The position numbers were made by a program, and so were the translations under genes. A stretch of DNA of 64,000 nucleotides from Coriobacteriia bacterium (GTDB lineage Bacteria > Actinomycetota > Coriobacteriia > WRKU01): assembly GCA_009777935.1 (NCBI GenBank), contig WRKU01000002.1, forward strand, positions 11,205-75,204. The letters are read 5' to 3'. Below, in pieces: positions 17,645-27,997 of this stretch. Position 1 is the first letter of the stretch, and each line of letters begins with the position of its first letter. Below the pieces are notes generated by a model, which was not told the origin of the DNA, ran no database searches, and saw only the letters and a list, made by a program, of their open reading frames with translations.

Positions 17645-17650
17645 TATAAT
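17645..17650 (+). promoter_or_regulatory. Putative -10 (TATAAT) for the gmd-fcl operon, with a GGAAAGGAG ribosome-binding site
   Basis: 'cgcTATAATagagagaccggaaaggagcacgtgccATG'. The -10 lies 27 nt upstream of the start at 17677. Confidence 0.4.
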
Positions 17651-17676
17651 AGAGAGACCGGAAAGGAGCACGTGCC

Positions 17677-18771
17677 ATGTCCAAGCGCAATGTAGCACTC
17701 ATCACCGGCATCACTGGCCAGGATGGTGCATACCTCGCCGAGTTTCTGCTTGATAAAGGCTATGAGGTCCACGGCATCAAGCGTCGTTCTTCGAGCTTCA
17801 ACACACAACGTATCGACCATCTTTACCAAGACCCGCACGAATCCGACGTACACTTTCATCTCCACTACGGAGATTTGACCGATTCGGCCAACCTTATCCG
17901 CCTCATCAGCGAAATCAAGCCTAACGAAATCTATAACCTTGGTGCACAGTCGCACGTGCAGGTTAGTTTTGAGACGCCCGAATACACCGCCGATGTCGAC
18001 GCACTCGGTGCTCTGCGCATCCTCGAGGCCATCCGTATCCTTGGCCTTGAGCAGACGACGCGGTTTTACCAGGCCTCAAGCAGTGAGCTATTCGGCAAGG
18101 TCATTGAGATGCCGCAGCGCGAGACGACGCCGTTTTATCCACGCAGCCCGTACGCTGTCGCCAAGCTCTTTGCGTACTGGACTGCCGTTAACTATCGCGA
18201 AGCATACGGCATCTACGCCTGTAACGGTATTCTTTTCAATCACGAGTCGCCCCTGCGCGGTGAGACGTTTGTGACGCGCAAAATTACGCGCTCGGCCGCT
18301 CGCATCGCGCTCGGCATGCAAGACATGCTCTATCTGGGCAACCTCAATGCACAGCGCGATTGGGGCTACGCTGGCGATTACGTCGAACTCATGTGGCTGA
18401 TGTTGCAACAAGACGAACCCGACGATTACGTAATGGCGACCGGCGTGACGACCTCGGTACGCGACTTCTGCACGGCTGCGTTTCAGCGGGCCGGTATCGA
18501 GCTTCGCTGGGAGGGCGAGGGCATCGCTGAGCGTGGTATCGACAGCGCGACTAACCGTACCGTCGTTACCGTTGACGAGCACTACTTCCGCCCGGCAGAG
18601 GTCGACATGCTGTGTGGTGACGCGACCAAGGCACGAGAGAAGCTTGGCTGGGAGCCGAAGACCACGCTAGAAGAGCTGACCGCGTGTATGGTCGATGCCG
18701 ACCTCGAAGAGGCACGGCGTGAACGCCACCTGCGCGATGGCGGTTTCGAGACATACGAGCCGTGCGAGTAG
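17677..18771 (+). CDS. gmd: GDP-mannose 4,6-dehydratase
   Basis: '[44 protein letters not shown]...[26 protein letters not shown]' is near-canonical Gmd. Confidence 0.9.
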   Translation: MSKRNVALITGITGQDGAYLAEFLLDKGYEVHGIKRRSSSFNTQRIDHLYQDPHESDVHFHLHYGDLTDSANLIRLISEIKPNEIYNLGAQSHVQVSFETPEYTADVDALGALRILEAIRILGLEQTTRFYQASSSELFGKVIEMPQRETTPFYPRSPYAVAKLFAYWTAVNYREAYGIYACNGILFNHESPLRGETFVTRKITRSAARIALGMQDMLYLGNLNAQRDWGYAGDYVELMWLMLQQDEPDDYVMATGVTTSVRDFCTAAFQRAGIELRWEGEGIAERGIDSATNRTVVTVDEHYFRPAEVDMLCGDATKAREKLGWEPKTTLEELTACMVDADLEEARRERHLRDGGFETYEPCE

Positions 18772-19730
18772 CGGACAAGATATTCGTCGCCGGGCACAAC
18801 GGGCTCGTTGGCTCGGCAATTGTGCGCGAGCTTACGCGGTGTGGCTACACGAACCTCGTAACCGCAACGCATGCCGAGCTCGATTTAACCAATCAAGTCG
18901 AAACCTGTGCTTTTTTCGAGCATGAACGCCCCGCTTACGTCTTTCTTGCCGCGGCGAAGGTCGGCGGTATCGGCGCGAATGCGGCCGAGCCGGCTCCATT
19001 CATCCACGATAACCTCGCCATTGCGCTCAACGTCATCGATGCAGCGTATCGCACTGGCGTCACCAAGCTCTGTAACCTCGGCTCTTCGTGTATCTATCCG
19101 CGTGACGCTGCACAGCCTATGGCCGAGGCAGCGTTGCTTACCGGACCGCTCGAGCCGACGAACGAGCCATACGCTATCGCCAAAATCGCCGCCATCAAGC
19201 TGTGCGAGGCGTACAACCGCCAATACGGCACCGACTTTATCTCGCTCATGCCGACGAATCTCTACGGTCCGGGCGACAACTACGACCTCACGACGAGCCA
19301 CGTGCTACCCGCGATGATTGCACGTTTCGATGACGCCAAGCGCACGGGAGCCAAAACTGTGACGCTATGGGGCGATGGTACGCCACAGCGTGAGTTTCTC
19401 TACGTCGACGATTTGGCCAACGCAGCCGTCTTCTTGATGGAACGCCATACCGCTGCTGAGCTCGGCGCATGGATTAACGTTGGCTCGGGCGAGGAGGTCA
19501 CCATCGCCGAGCTTGCGAATCTTATATGCGCGACAATATTTACTGATGGCATGAGCTCGGGCGGCCCCGCCGCACCTCCCACCATCGAGTGGGATGCTAC
19601 CAAGCCAAACGGCACGCCGCGCAAGCTTCTCGATTCCACGCGGCTTACCGGCCTTGGCTGGCAACCCAAGACGACGCTCGCCGACGGTCTTGCCGCAACG
19701 TACGCTGCTTATCTCAAGGATCGTCCATGA
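18762..19730 (+). CDS. fcl: GDP-L-fucose synthase (GDP-4-keto-6-deoxymannose 3,5-epimerase/4-reductase)
   Basis: '[28 protein letters not shown]...' short-chain dehydrogenase fold, 322 aa, immediately after gmd. Confidence 0.9.
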   Translation: MRVADKIFVAGHNGLVGSAIVRELTRCGYTNLVTATHAELDLTNQVETCAFFEHERPAYVFLAAAKVGGIGANAAEPAPFIHDNLAIALNVIDAAYRTGVTKLCNLGSSCIYPRDAAQPMAEAALLTGPLEPTNEPYAIAKIAAIKLCEAYNRQYGTDFISLMPTNLYGPGDNYDLTTSHVLPAMIARFDDAKRTGAKTVTLWGDGTPQREFLYVDDLANAAVFLMERHTAAELGAWINVGSGEEVTIAELANLICATIFTDGMSSGGPAAPPTIEWDATKPNGTPRKLLDSTRLTGLGWQPKTTLADGLAATYAAYLKDRP

Positions 19731-21553
19731 GCCTTATCGAGCGCATTATCAACGTTCGTGCGACGCGCCGCCGCTGGCAGATAGCACTCGCGGTGACTGA
19801 TGCAGCCGCCATTACGCTCGCCACATTGTTGACCTATCTCGCACGGTTTGAGGGCGCCGTTCCGCCTGAATTCGCACGCTTCCTCTTGCCAATGATTTTC
19901 GCATCGGTCATCGTCTATGGGACGCTTGCCGTTGTGTTTGGGCTCTATCGCGTGGTGCTGCGCTACGTGGGCATCGACACACTTTTGCGCATCGTCGGTG
20001 CCGTCATCATGGGTGCCGCGCTTCTTGCTATCGGCGATATATGCGTGAGTGCGTTTCGGGCATGGCAACGTCCGGTACCGCTTGGCGTTATCGGTATCCA
20101 GGCGGCGCTCGTTCTTCTGGCACTCGCATCTATCCGTATCGCTGTGCGTACGGCTCAGCATGTGCGTTCGGTGGCGCGTCACGAAGGGGAGCGTGCGCTA
20201 ATCGTTGGCGCGGGCAGTGCCGGCTCGCTTTTGTTGCGCGAGCTACAGATGCGTCGAGATATCGGCGTTGACGTCGTCGGTTTTCTCGATGATGATTCGG
20301 GGCTTGCGGCGAGTATTGTGGGCGGGGTGCGGGTTGTCGGCACAACCGCCGAGCTTGAGGATATCGTCGCAGCTGAAGATATTAGCGAACTGTTTGTTGC
20401 GCTTCCGAGCGCCAACGACACAGCCGTGCGCACTCTGCTCAATCGTGCGGCTGACCTTGGTCTTACCACCCACATCATGCCGAAAATCGTCGTCGAGCGC
20501 GGCAGCGTGCGCCTATCCGATATGCGCAAAGTCAACGTCGAAGACCTCCTTGGCCGCACACTGACTCCTATCGATACGCAGGCGGTGCGCACCACCCTTG
20601 AGGGTAAAATCGTTGCGGTGACCGGCGCAGCAGGGTCAATCGGCGCCGAGCTGTGCCGCCAGATTATCCGTATGTCTCCGGCCGAGCTTCACCTTTTTGA
20701 GATCGATGAATCGCGACTCTACGAGCTGCACTTTGAACTCGATGCAATCAAGGCCGGTATAGCACAGATGCACATTCTTGATATTCGTGACGAAGCTAAG
20801 GTTGAGCGGGTATTTGCCGACATCAAGCCGCAGGTTGTGCTCCACGCGGCTGCCTACAAGCACGTGCCGCTTATGGAAACCGAGCCGGCCGAGGCGTTGC
20901 GTACCAATGTGCTTGGCACGGCACACATCATCGATGCCGCTGCTCGTCATGGTGCCGAGCATTTTGTTCTCATTTCGACCGACAAGGCTGTTATGCCTGT
21001 CAACGTTATGGGCAAGACCAAAGAACTCTCCGAACGCCTTATGCTCGAGCGTGCCGCACGTTATCCGCAGATGACCTGTGTGGCGGTGCGCTTCGGTAAT
21101 GTGCTTGGCAGCCGTGGCTCGGTCGTGCCTATCTTTGAGGAGAAGCTATTGCGTGGTGAAAACCTCACCGTGACCGATGAGCGTGCTACCCGCTACTTTA
21201 TGGTAATCCCCGAAGCGGCGCGGCTCGTTTTGCAGGCGCAGGCGATTGGTGCTACCGGCGATATATTTGTACTTGAGATGGGTGAGCCGGTGCGTATCGT
21301 CGACCTTGCCCGCAAGATGATTGCGCTTTCCGGTATTCCCGTTGAAATCGAGTTCATAGGTTTGCGTCCGGGCGAGAAGTTGCACGAAACGCTTACCAAT
21401 GAGATGGAGGTGCTTGAGCCGACGTCGGCCGAAAAGATTCAGCGTGTTGCACGTCTAGCACTGGCACCACTCGATGAAGCGACCTATGCGCGTATCACAG
21501 CGCTTGCCGAGAACGGCCCCACGACCACACCGACTGAGGTGCTCGCGCTATGA
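19727..21553 (+). CDS. Membrane-anchored nucleotide-sugar 4,6-dehydratase (PglF/CapD/WbpM family)
   Basis: Four N-terminal TM helices, then a Rossmann '[12 protein letters not shown]' and CapD-type dehydratase domain. ATGA overlap at 19727. Confidence 0.85.
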   Translation: MSLIERIINVRATRRRWQIALAVTDAAAITLATLLTYLARFEGAVPPEFARFLLPMIFASVIVYGTLAVVFGLYRVVLRYVGIDTLLRIVGAVIMGAALLAIGDICVSAFRAWQRPVPLGVIGIQAALVLLALASIRIAVRTAQHVRSVARHEGERALIVGAGSAGSLLLRELQMRRDIGVDVVGFLDDDSGLAASIVGGVRVVGTTAELEDIVAAEDISELFVALPSANDTAVRTLLNRAADLGLTTHIMPKIVVERGSVRLSDMRKVNVEDLLGRTLTPIDTQAVRTTLEGKIVAVTGAAGSIGAELCRQIIRMSPAELHLFEIDESRLYELHFELDAIKAGIAQMHILDIRDEAKVERVFADIKPQVVLHAAAYKHVPLMETEPAEALRTNVLGTAHIIDAAARHGAEHFVLISTDKAVMPVNVMGKTKELSERLMLERAARYPQMTCVAVRFGNVLGSRGSVVPIFEEKLLRGENLTVTDERATRYFMVIPEAARLVLQAQAIGATGDIFVLEMGEPVRIVDLARKMIALSGIPVEIEFIGLRPGEKLHETLTNEMEVLEPTSAEKIQRVARLALAPLDEATYARITALAENGPTTTPTEVLAL

Positions 21554-22866
21554 GTCGAGCGACAGCAGACAAAAAACTAGCGATAGACGGCGGAACCCCC
21601 GTGCGTACAACGCCCTTTCCGGCGTGGCCACCGGTGGCTGGTGAGACGGCTGGTGTCGGCATCGGTGCAGGTCAAGGGAGTGATCGCTACTTTAAGCGTG
21701 CGTTGGAACGAATTGCTGCTGTTCTTTCAAGCGGTCGCATTAACTATCACACCGGTGGACAGGGAAAGACCTTTGAGGCCGCCTTCGCAACGTGGCTTGG
21801 TGAAGATGCGCCTTATGACATGGCCCCGCTCTATGCGCTCGCCGTTGTTAACGGTACCGTTGCGCTTGAGATTGCGTTGCGTGCCCATGGGATTGGCTCT
21901 GGTGACGAGGTCATCATCCCGAGCCGCACCTTTATCGCAACAGCCGGTGCCGTCGTTGCCGTGGGCGCTACGCCGGTTATCGCCGATATCGATTTGAGCA
22001 CTAACTGCGTGACGGCGAAGACCTGTGCTCAGGTGCTTACGGCGCGTACGCGTGCGATTATTCCGGTACATCTCGGCGGTTTTCCTGCACCGGTTGCCAA
22101 AATCCAAGCACTCGCCGCGCAAAATGGGGCAATCGTTATCGAAGACTGTGCCCAAGCACTCGGTGCTCGTTCGGGTGGGGCGCATGTCGGTACTACGAGT
22201 GCTGCGGGCTGCTTTTCATTTTGCCAAGATAAGATTCTTCCGCTTGGTGAGGGTGGCATGATTGTCTTTACCGATGAAGCGGCCTACCACCGCGCATGGG
22301 CGTATCGTGACCACGGACGTAGCTATGAGAAAGCACACGACGCGACCGTCGGTGCAGCGTCATCTGAGTTCACGTGGCTTAACGATTCCTTTGGTACTAA
22401 CGCACGTATGACCGAGTTTCAGTCTGCGTTGGGTTTGGCAGCATTCGATGAACTTGAGGGTTGGCTTGCGCAACGTGCCGCCAACGCGGCCGTGCTGGTA
22501 GACGCGATGGCTGAGCTGCCCGGTATTGAGCCGGTTGTTGTGAACGCTAAGGAGGACACCTACGCGTACTATCGCCTTTACGCACGCCTCAACCTTGAGC
22601 TTCTTGCCGACGGCTGGACGCGCAATCGCGTTATCGATGCACTTAACGCTGAGGGTGTACCGGTACAGTATGGGAGCTGTGCGCTTATCGGGCGTGAGGA
22701 GGCCTTCGCTAATGCGGGAATTGCTGTGACGGCTGAGCTTCCCGGTGCACAGGCAGTTCATGAGGCCACACTAGCATTTTTTGTGCACCCTACCGCCACC
22801 GAGGCTGATATGGCTGATGTGGCTACGGCCCTGTACAAGGTCCTAACTGCGAGTACACTGGTATAA
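21550..22866 (+). CDS. DegT/DnrJ/EryC1/StrS-family PLP-dependent sugar aminotransferase
   Basis: 'GTVALEIALRAHGIGSGDEVIIPSRTFIATAGAVVAVGATPVIADID' motif. ATGA overlap with the upstream dehydratase. Confidence 0.85.
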   Translation: MSRATADKKLAIDGGTPVRTTPFPAWPPVAGETAGVGIGAGQGSDRYFKRALERIAAVLSSGRINYHTGGQGKTFEAAFATWLGEDAPYDMAPLYALAVVNGTVALEIALRAHGIGSGDEVIIPSRTFIATAGAVVAVGATPVIADIDLSTNCVTAKTCAQVLTARTRAIIPVHLGGFPAPVAKIQALAAQNGAIVIEDCAQALGARSGGAHVGTTSAAGCFSFCQDKILPLGEGGMIVFTDEAAYHRAWAYRDHGRSYEKAHDATVGAASSEFTWLNDSFGTNARMTEFQSALGLAAFDELEGWLAQRAANAAVLVDAMAELPGIEPVVVNAKEDTYAYYRLYARLNLELLADGWTRNRVIDALNAEGVPVQYGSCALIGREEAFANAGIAVTAELPGAQAVHEATLAFFVHPTATEADMADVATALYKVLTASTLV

Positions 22867-22876
22867 TAAATCCACT

Positions 22877-24493
22877 ATGGCAAACTTACATGCTGTGATA
22901 CTTGCCGGTGGTAGCGGCTCGCGCTTCTGGCCGCTTTCGCGCGAGATGAACCCCAAGCAGATGCTCGATGTCTTTGGCACCGAGTCGCTGCTCGTCGGTG
23001 CCGTCAAACGTGCCGCAAGCGTTTGCACCGGACACGCAGAGCGTGCTGCCGGAGCACAGTCTCACGGTGCCATCTGGATCGTTGTGGGCGAGGCGCTTCA
23101 CGATGAACTGCGCAATCACCTTAAGGCTCATAGTGAACTCAGTCGTCTCGATATTCGCTACGTTATCGAGCCGTGTGCGCGCAATACGGCACCGGCGCTT
23201 GCACTTGCCGCAGCTACTATTAAGCTCAAAGATCCGACGGCCCAGATTGTCATGCTTCCGTCGGACCATATCTGTAACGACGATGACGAGTGGCAGAGCG
23301 TCATTGCCGCAGCACGCACGCGTGCAGCGGCGGGCGATCTCGTTGTCATTGGGCTCAAACCCACCGCACCCATAACTGGCTATGGCTACATTAAACGCGG
23401 CGCTGAATATCCGCCCGACGACCGCACGCTGCCCGACGATAGCACACCAAATGCGCCATCTGTCTATGCCGTCGAGTGCTTTGCCGAGAAGCCTGATGAG
23501 GCCACGGCGCGTGAATACGTACAATCCGGTGAGTACTTCTGGAACTCTGGCATGCTCGTGGCAGGTGCGAAGACGATTATCGCTCAGTTGCGTATCGCTG
23601 GCGCGCGCTATTCGGGCTATGGTGACGATGCCGGAGCACATCCGGCCGCCGAGTACAGCGGCAAGATTGCCTCGGTCGCCGAGACGCTCGCCGACGCCGG
23701 GCCTGACGCGTGGAAAAACGATGCCTGTCGCTTTCTCTATGCCGATTGTCCAAAGGTGCCGTTCGACACCGCATGTCTTGAGGTCGCCGAAGATGTGAGC
23801 GTCGTCGCCGCCGACCTCGGCTGGAGTGACGTCGGCTCGCTCGAGGCGTTGACCAATCTGCAGGAGCCCGATGAGCACGGCAACACCCTTATCGGCCGTG
23901 CCGTCGATGTCGAGAGTCACAATACGCTTTCCTACGCTGAGAGCGGACGGGTGGTTGCCACGCTCGGCCTCAAGGACGTTCTCGTCGTTGACAGCGCTGA
24001 TGCCACTCTGGTAGCGGCACGCGAGCGTGCACAAGAGGTGCGTCGGGTCGTCGATGCGCTCAAAGCGTGCAATATGCCTGAGGTCGCACAGTCCAAGACA
24101 TCGCTACGCCCCTGGGGGAGCTGGACGATGCTCGTGCGCATGCCGGGCTATCACGTCAAAGAGATTACCGTGTTGCCGGGTATGCGCCTCTCAAGCCAAA
24201 GCCACGAGCATCGTGCTGAACACTGGATCGTTGCCGAGGGCACGGCGCTCGTGACCTGCAATGGAGGTACCATCACGCTCCATGAGAATGAGAGTGCGTT
24301 TTTGCCGATTGGCACCGTACATCGCCTTGAAAACGTGGGCGAGGGACTCTTGCGTGTCGTCGAGGTTGCAACCGGCACCTATCTTGGCGAGGACGATATC
24401 GTTCGCTATGAAGATGACTATGGACGTGACTCCGGTAGTGAGGGAGAGCATAACGACGACCGCAATGATGGTCGTGAGGGGAGTGCAACATGA
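22877..24493 (+). CDS. manC: Mannose-1-phosphate guanylyltransferase / mannose-6-phosphate isomerase (type II PMI-GMP, C-terminal cupin)
   Basis: 'HAVILAGGSGSRFWPLSREMNPKQML' nucleotidyltransferase N-terminus. C-terminal cupin 'ITVLPGMRLSSQSHEHRAEHWIVAEGTALV'. Confidence 0.85.
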   Translation: MANLHAVILAGGSGSRFWPLSREMNPKQMLDVFGTESLLVGAVKRAASVCTGHAERAAGAQSHGAIWIVVGEALHDELRNHLKAHSELSRLDIRYVIEPCARNTAPALALAAATIKLKDPTAQIVMLPSDHICNDDDEWQSVIAAARTRAAAGDLVVIGLKPTAPITGYGYIKRGAEYPPDDRTLPDDSTPNAPSVYAVECFAEKPDEATAREYVQSGEYFWNSGMLVAGAKTIIAQLRIAGARYSGYGDDAGAHPAAEYSGKIASVAETLADAGPDAWKNDACRFLYADCPKVPFDTACLEVAEDVSVVAADLGWSDVGSLEALTNLQEPDEHGNTLIGRAVDVESHNTLSYAESGRVVATLGLKDVLVVDSADATLVAARERAQEVRRVVDALKACNMPEVAQSKTSLRPWGSWTMLVRMPGYHVKEITVLPGMRLSSQSHEHRAEHWIVAEGTALVTCNGGTITLHENESAFLPIGTVHRLENVGEGLLRVVEVATGTYLGEDDIVRYEDDYGRDSGSEGEHNDDRNDGREGSAT

Positions 24494-25353
24494 AGGCGAT
24501 AATACCGGCCGCAGGACTCGGAACGCGCTTTTTGCCGGTTACCAAAGCCCAGCCCAAAGAGATGTTACCGGTTGTTGACACGCCGATCATGCAGTACGTT
24601 GTCGAAGAAGCGGCTGCTGCTAAAGCGAGCGAGATACTGCTCGTGACCGGCAAGTCAAAGCGCGCCATCGAAGACCACTTTGATCGCAACCTTGAGCTTG
24701 AGACGCAGCTCGAAGAGACCGAAAAGCTATCTATGCTCCGCAAAGTGCGCGCCGTATCGGACATTGCAAAACTTTTTTCGGTACGTCAAAAGCGGCCGCG
24801 TGGACTTGGTCATGCCGTGCATTGCGGCGCGCCCTTTACCGCTGACGAGCCGTTTTACGTGTTGCTCGGCGATATTGTGGTACCGGAGAAAAACATTCTG
24901 TCGCGCTTGCGTGAAGTGCATGAACAGACCGGCGCAAGCGTCATTGCTGTCGAGCCGGTACCTGAACGCGATGTGTCAAAGTACGGTGTTATCGGTGGTT
25001 CTGAGCTTGCCGACGGCACGTGGAATGTGCGTGAACTCGTGGAAAAACCCCCGGTCAACGATGCACCGTCCAATCTTGCCATTATGGGACGCTATTTGCT
25101 GACGCCGCGTGTGATGCAGCTTCTTGCGACGACTGAGCCGGGTCGCGGCAATGAGATTCAACTTACCGATGCGCTCGTCGAACTTCTTGAGCACGAGTCG
25201 GTCTACGCCGTTGTCGTCGATCCGGCCGAGAGCTTCGATACCGGTAGCGTTCCCGGCTGGCTTGAAGCAAATCTGCGCCTTGCGCTGGCCGATGAGCGGT
25301 ATGCAGACTCGACTCAGGCACTTATCGACACATTAGCCACCAACGCATGTTAG
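24490..25353 (+). CDS. galU: UTP--glucose-1-phosphate uridylyltransferase
   Basis: 'MKAIIPAAGLGTRFLPVTKAQPKEMLPVVDTPIMQYVVEEA' is canonical GalU. ATGA overlap with manC. Confidence 0.85.
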   Translation: MKAIIPAAGLGTRFLPVTKAQPKEMLPVVDTPIMQYVVEEAAAAKASEILLVTGKSKRAIEDHFDRNLELETQLEETEKLSMLRKVRAVSDIAKLFSVRQKRPRGLGHAVHCGAPFTADEPFYVLLGDIVVPEKNILSRLREVHEQTGASVIAVEPVPERDVSKYGVIGGSELADGTWNVRELVEKPPVNDAPSNLAIMGRYLLTPRVMQLLATTEPGRGNEIQLTDALVELLEHESVYAVVVDPAESFDTGSVPGWLEANLRLALADERYADSTQALIDTLATNAC

Positions 25354-25382
25354 CAGGATGTTAGAGAAACTCTGCGCTTTGC

Positions 25383-26807
25383 GTGCTCGTTTACGTTACA
25401 ATAAGTACCATGGATAATAGCACGTCCGATAGCCTCTACACTCCGGAATCCGAGGCCGACTTTGCGGTGTCTGGGCCTGAAACAGAGCCGGAACCGATGC
25501 CTGAGGAGACTTCGCGTGAACGTGCGCTTCGCAGGTTGCGTATTGTGCTTGCGGTGCTCGGTGCAGGCATTGTGCTGTATGCTGTTGTCATCGCGGCACT
25601 CGTGATGTTGGGCTGGACACCCAAACCGCTCCCGAGTCTCCTTATGCGAGCTGGGGACGAAATCGTGCATATCGAAGAAGAGCTTGTTGGCGCAGTCGGT
25701 GTGGCCGAAAAGGCTGTTGTTGAAACACATATCGAAGAGTGGTCTGATGCTGAGCTCGCCGCGCAGGTTTGCATGGTGATGGTGCCCGCGCGTGATGCGG
25801 CGAGCCATATCGAAACGTGGACAAAACGCAACGTTGGCGCAATTGTACTCGATGGTGTGGAGGTGCCGCGTGATCTCGCCGCTTTTGTCGGAAAGGCGCG
25901 ACGCGACGCACCACGAGGGGTTGCTCCGCTCATTGCAAGCAATGTCGAGGGTGGGAGCCGTAACGATATGGCCACCATTGCTGGGCCGCTTGATTCAGCG
26001 CAGACATTTGGTACGAAGACTCCAGCTCAGATTGAGCGCGAAGTCGCTCTCTATGCTGCCGAGCTTGCCAAAAATGATCTCTCGCTTGTGCTGGGTCCGT
26101 CAGCCGATCTTGCGATGCCCGGCTGTGCGATTGCACGGGAGCAACGTGGCTTTAGCTCCAATCCAAATGAAACCGCCGCTGCCGCCGCCGCATGGGTGCG
26201 CGGCATGGAATCTGCTGGCATCGGCACCGTGCTCAAGCACTGGCCCGGCATCGGAGGATATGCCGATGTGAGCGGCCCTCTCGTCGCATTTATGCCGTGG
26301 AATGAGCTCGAGAAAACTCACGCGCGCGCCTTTGCTGATGCACATAAAGCCGGACACCCTGCTGCTGTCATGGTAGGTCATGTCGTTGTTCCCGGCTTCA
26401 CTGAAGATGGTACGCCGGCCAGCACCTCAAAACGAGCCTACGACTATGTGCGCGAAATGACCGGCAACGACACGTTGCTTATAACCGATAATCTTGGCAT
26501 TGCGGTGCGCACGCAAAACGCGTCTGCCAACACAAACGCGGCCGTGGCACAGACGGCCGTCGGTGCGCTGCAGGCCGGTGCAGACCTCATATTGTTTGCG
26601 CCCAGCCCGGATGCCGAGACCGTCGTCATCGATGCGATTGTTCGTGCGCTCGATAGTGGCACGCTTTCGCGCAGTGCGCTTCGCGCGTCGGCACGTCGTG
26701 TTGTGCAGGTGAAAGTGTCGCGCAATCTTGCACCAGAGTTTATGCCGCTCGGCACAAACATCAAATCTGTCTCACCCGACACCACGCAAGATACACCCAA
26801 TCCATAA
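25383..26807 (+). CDS. Glycoside hydrolase family 3 (NagZ/beta-hexosaminidase-like), N-terminal TM anchor
   Basis: 'VLKHWPGIGGYADVSGP' (the GH3 'KHFPGHG' region). TM helix 'LRIVLAVLGAGIVLYAVVIAALVML'. Confidence 0.7.
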   Translation: MLVYVTISTMDNSTSDSLYTPESEADFAVSGPETEPEPMPEETSRERALRRLRIVLAVLGAGIVLYAVVIAALVMLGWTPKPLPSLLMRAGDEIVHIEEELVGAVGVAEKAVVETHIEEWSDAELAAQVCMVMVPARDAASHIETWTKRNVGAIVLDGVEVPRDLAAFVGKARRDAPRGVAPLIASNVEGGSRNDMATIAGPLDSAQTFGTKTPAQIEREVALYAAELAKNDLSLVLGPSADLAMPGCAIAREQRGFSSNPNETAAAAAAWVRGMESAGIGTVLKHWPGIGGYADVSGPLVAFMPWNELEKTHARAFADAHKAGHPAAVMVGHVVVPGFTEDGTPASTSKRAYDYVREMTGNDTLLITDNLGIAVRTQNASANTNAAVAQTAVGALQAGADLILFAPSPDAETVVIDAIVRALDSGTLSRSALRASARRVVQVKVSRNLAPEFMPLGTNIKSVSPDTTQDTPNP

Positions 26808-26818
26808 GGAACCACCCG

Positions 26819-27997
26819 GTGGCGAAACCAAAACCTCAAACCTATATGCGCATAGTAAGGTGGTTTCTCATCGTCGTGGCGATACTTTTGCTTGTCTATG
26901 GCACTATCTTCGGTATGCTCTTGTTGCTTGGTTACCAGCCCGATACTTTCGAGCGGTTTGCGCAAATCTTTGCATCTCAGCCTGAAGAAGAAGGTCCACC
27001 TCCACGCGACCTTTCCGAATGGACAGACGAAGAACTTGCTGCTCAGATGCTGATTGTGATGAGTCCGTCATACGATCCGGTTGGCCTCTATATGCTGGCG
27101 CGTATAGGGGTGGGAGGTATCCTGCTTTCAAGCGATGAGCCTTACGACAACATTGCGGCGGTTATCAAAGAGGTGCAGGGGCAAACACCACGTAATATTC
27201 GGATGTTCATCGCAAGTGACGAAGAGGGTGGCGAGCTCGAGCGTATGCAGCGCAAGATTGGCGAGCTCCCCAGTGCAAAAACGATGGGCACCTGGAAGCC
27301 TGAGCGCATTCGCGACGCGACGTTCGAGTACGGACGAGAGCTACACGACCTTGGCATAAACCTTGTGGCTGCGCCCGTTGCTGATCTTGCCGTGCCCGGA
27401 ACCTACATGACTGAACATGGGCGCACGTTTAGCGATGATCCGCAGACGGTCGCCGACTGTGTTGTTGCATGGAGCGACGGCATGCGCGCGGCTGGCATTG
27501 CCGTTATGCCCAAGCACTGGCCGGGAATCGGTAGCGCACGTGACACACATCTCGTCGTCACGACGGTGCCCTCACGCGAGGCGCTTGAAAAGGCGGAGAT
27601 GGTTCCGTTTATTGCCGCGCTGGAGAGTGGTGCTGAGATGATTATGGTCGGTCATGTGGTGGCCTCCGACCTGACTGAGCCCAATACACCGGCAAGTATC
27701 TCGCCGAGTGCGATGGCATACCTGCGCGAAAAGGCTGGAGAAGACGTAATTATCGTCGTTGATGAGGTTGGTATGGAGGGCGCAAACACGACAGGAATGC
27801 CGCGGCCGATCGATGAAGCAGTCATTCAGTCTGCGATAGCCGGTGCCGATCTCGTCATGATTGGCGCGCTTGTTACCGAAGACTCTATTGCCTCGCTTAC
27901 CAAGGCGATTGCTGACGGACGCTTTGACCGTATGCAGGCCGAAGACTCGGTACGTCGTATTCTGCGTCTTAAAGAGCAGATGGGACTGATGCGGTAG
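26819..27997 (+). CDS. Glycoside hydrolase family 3, paralog, N-terminal TM anchor
   Basis: 'VMPKHWPGIGSARDTHLVV'. TM helix 'WFLIVVAILLLVYGTIFGMLLLL'. Tandem to the preceding GH3. Confidence 0.7.
   Translation: MAKPKPQTYMRIVRWFLIVVAILLLVYGTIFGMLLLLGYQPDTFERFAQIFASQPEEEGPPPRDLSEWTDEELAAQMLIVMSPSYDPVGLYMLARIGVGGILLSSDEPYDNIAAVIKEVQGQTPRNIRMFIASDEEGGELERMQRKIGELPSAKTMGTWKPERIRDATFEYGRELHDLGINLVAAPVADLAVPGTYMTEHGRTFSDDPQTVADCVVAWSDGMRAAGIAVMPKHWPGIGSARDTHLVVTTVPSREALEKAEMVPFIAALESGAEMIMVGHVVASDLTEPNTPASISPSAMAYLREKAGEDVIIVVDEVGMEGANTTGMPRPIDEAVIQSAIAGADLVMIGALVTEDSIASLTKAIADGRFDRMQAEDSVRRILRLKEQMGLMR

Noticed and set aside
22886-24034. 382-aa ORF on the minus strand
   Set aside because: It lies entirely antisense to the manC gene, which has unambiguous homology. 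Its Arg/Ala-rich, low-complexity translation is typical of spurious antisense ORFs in GC-rich DNA.
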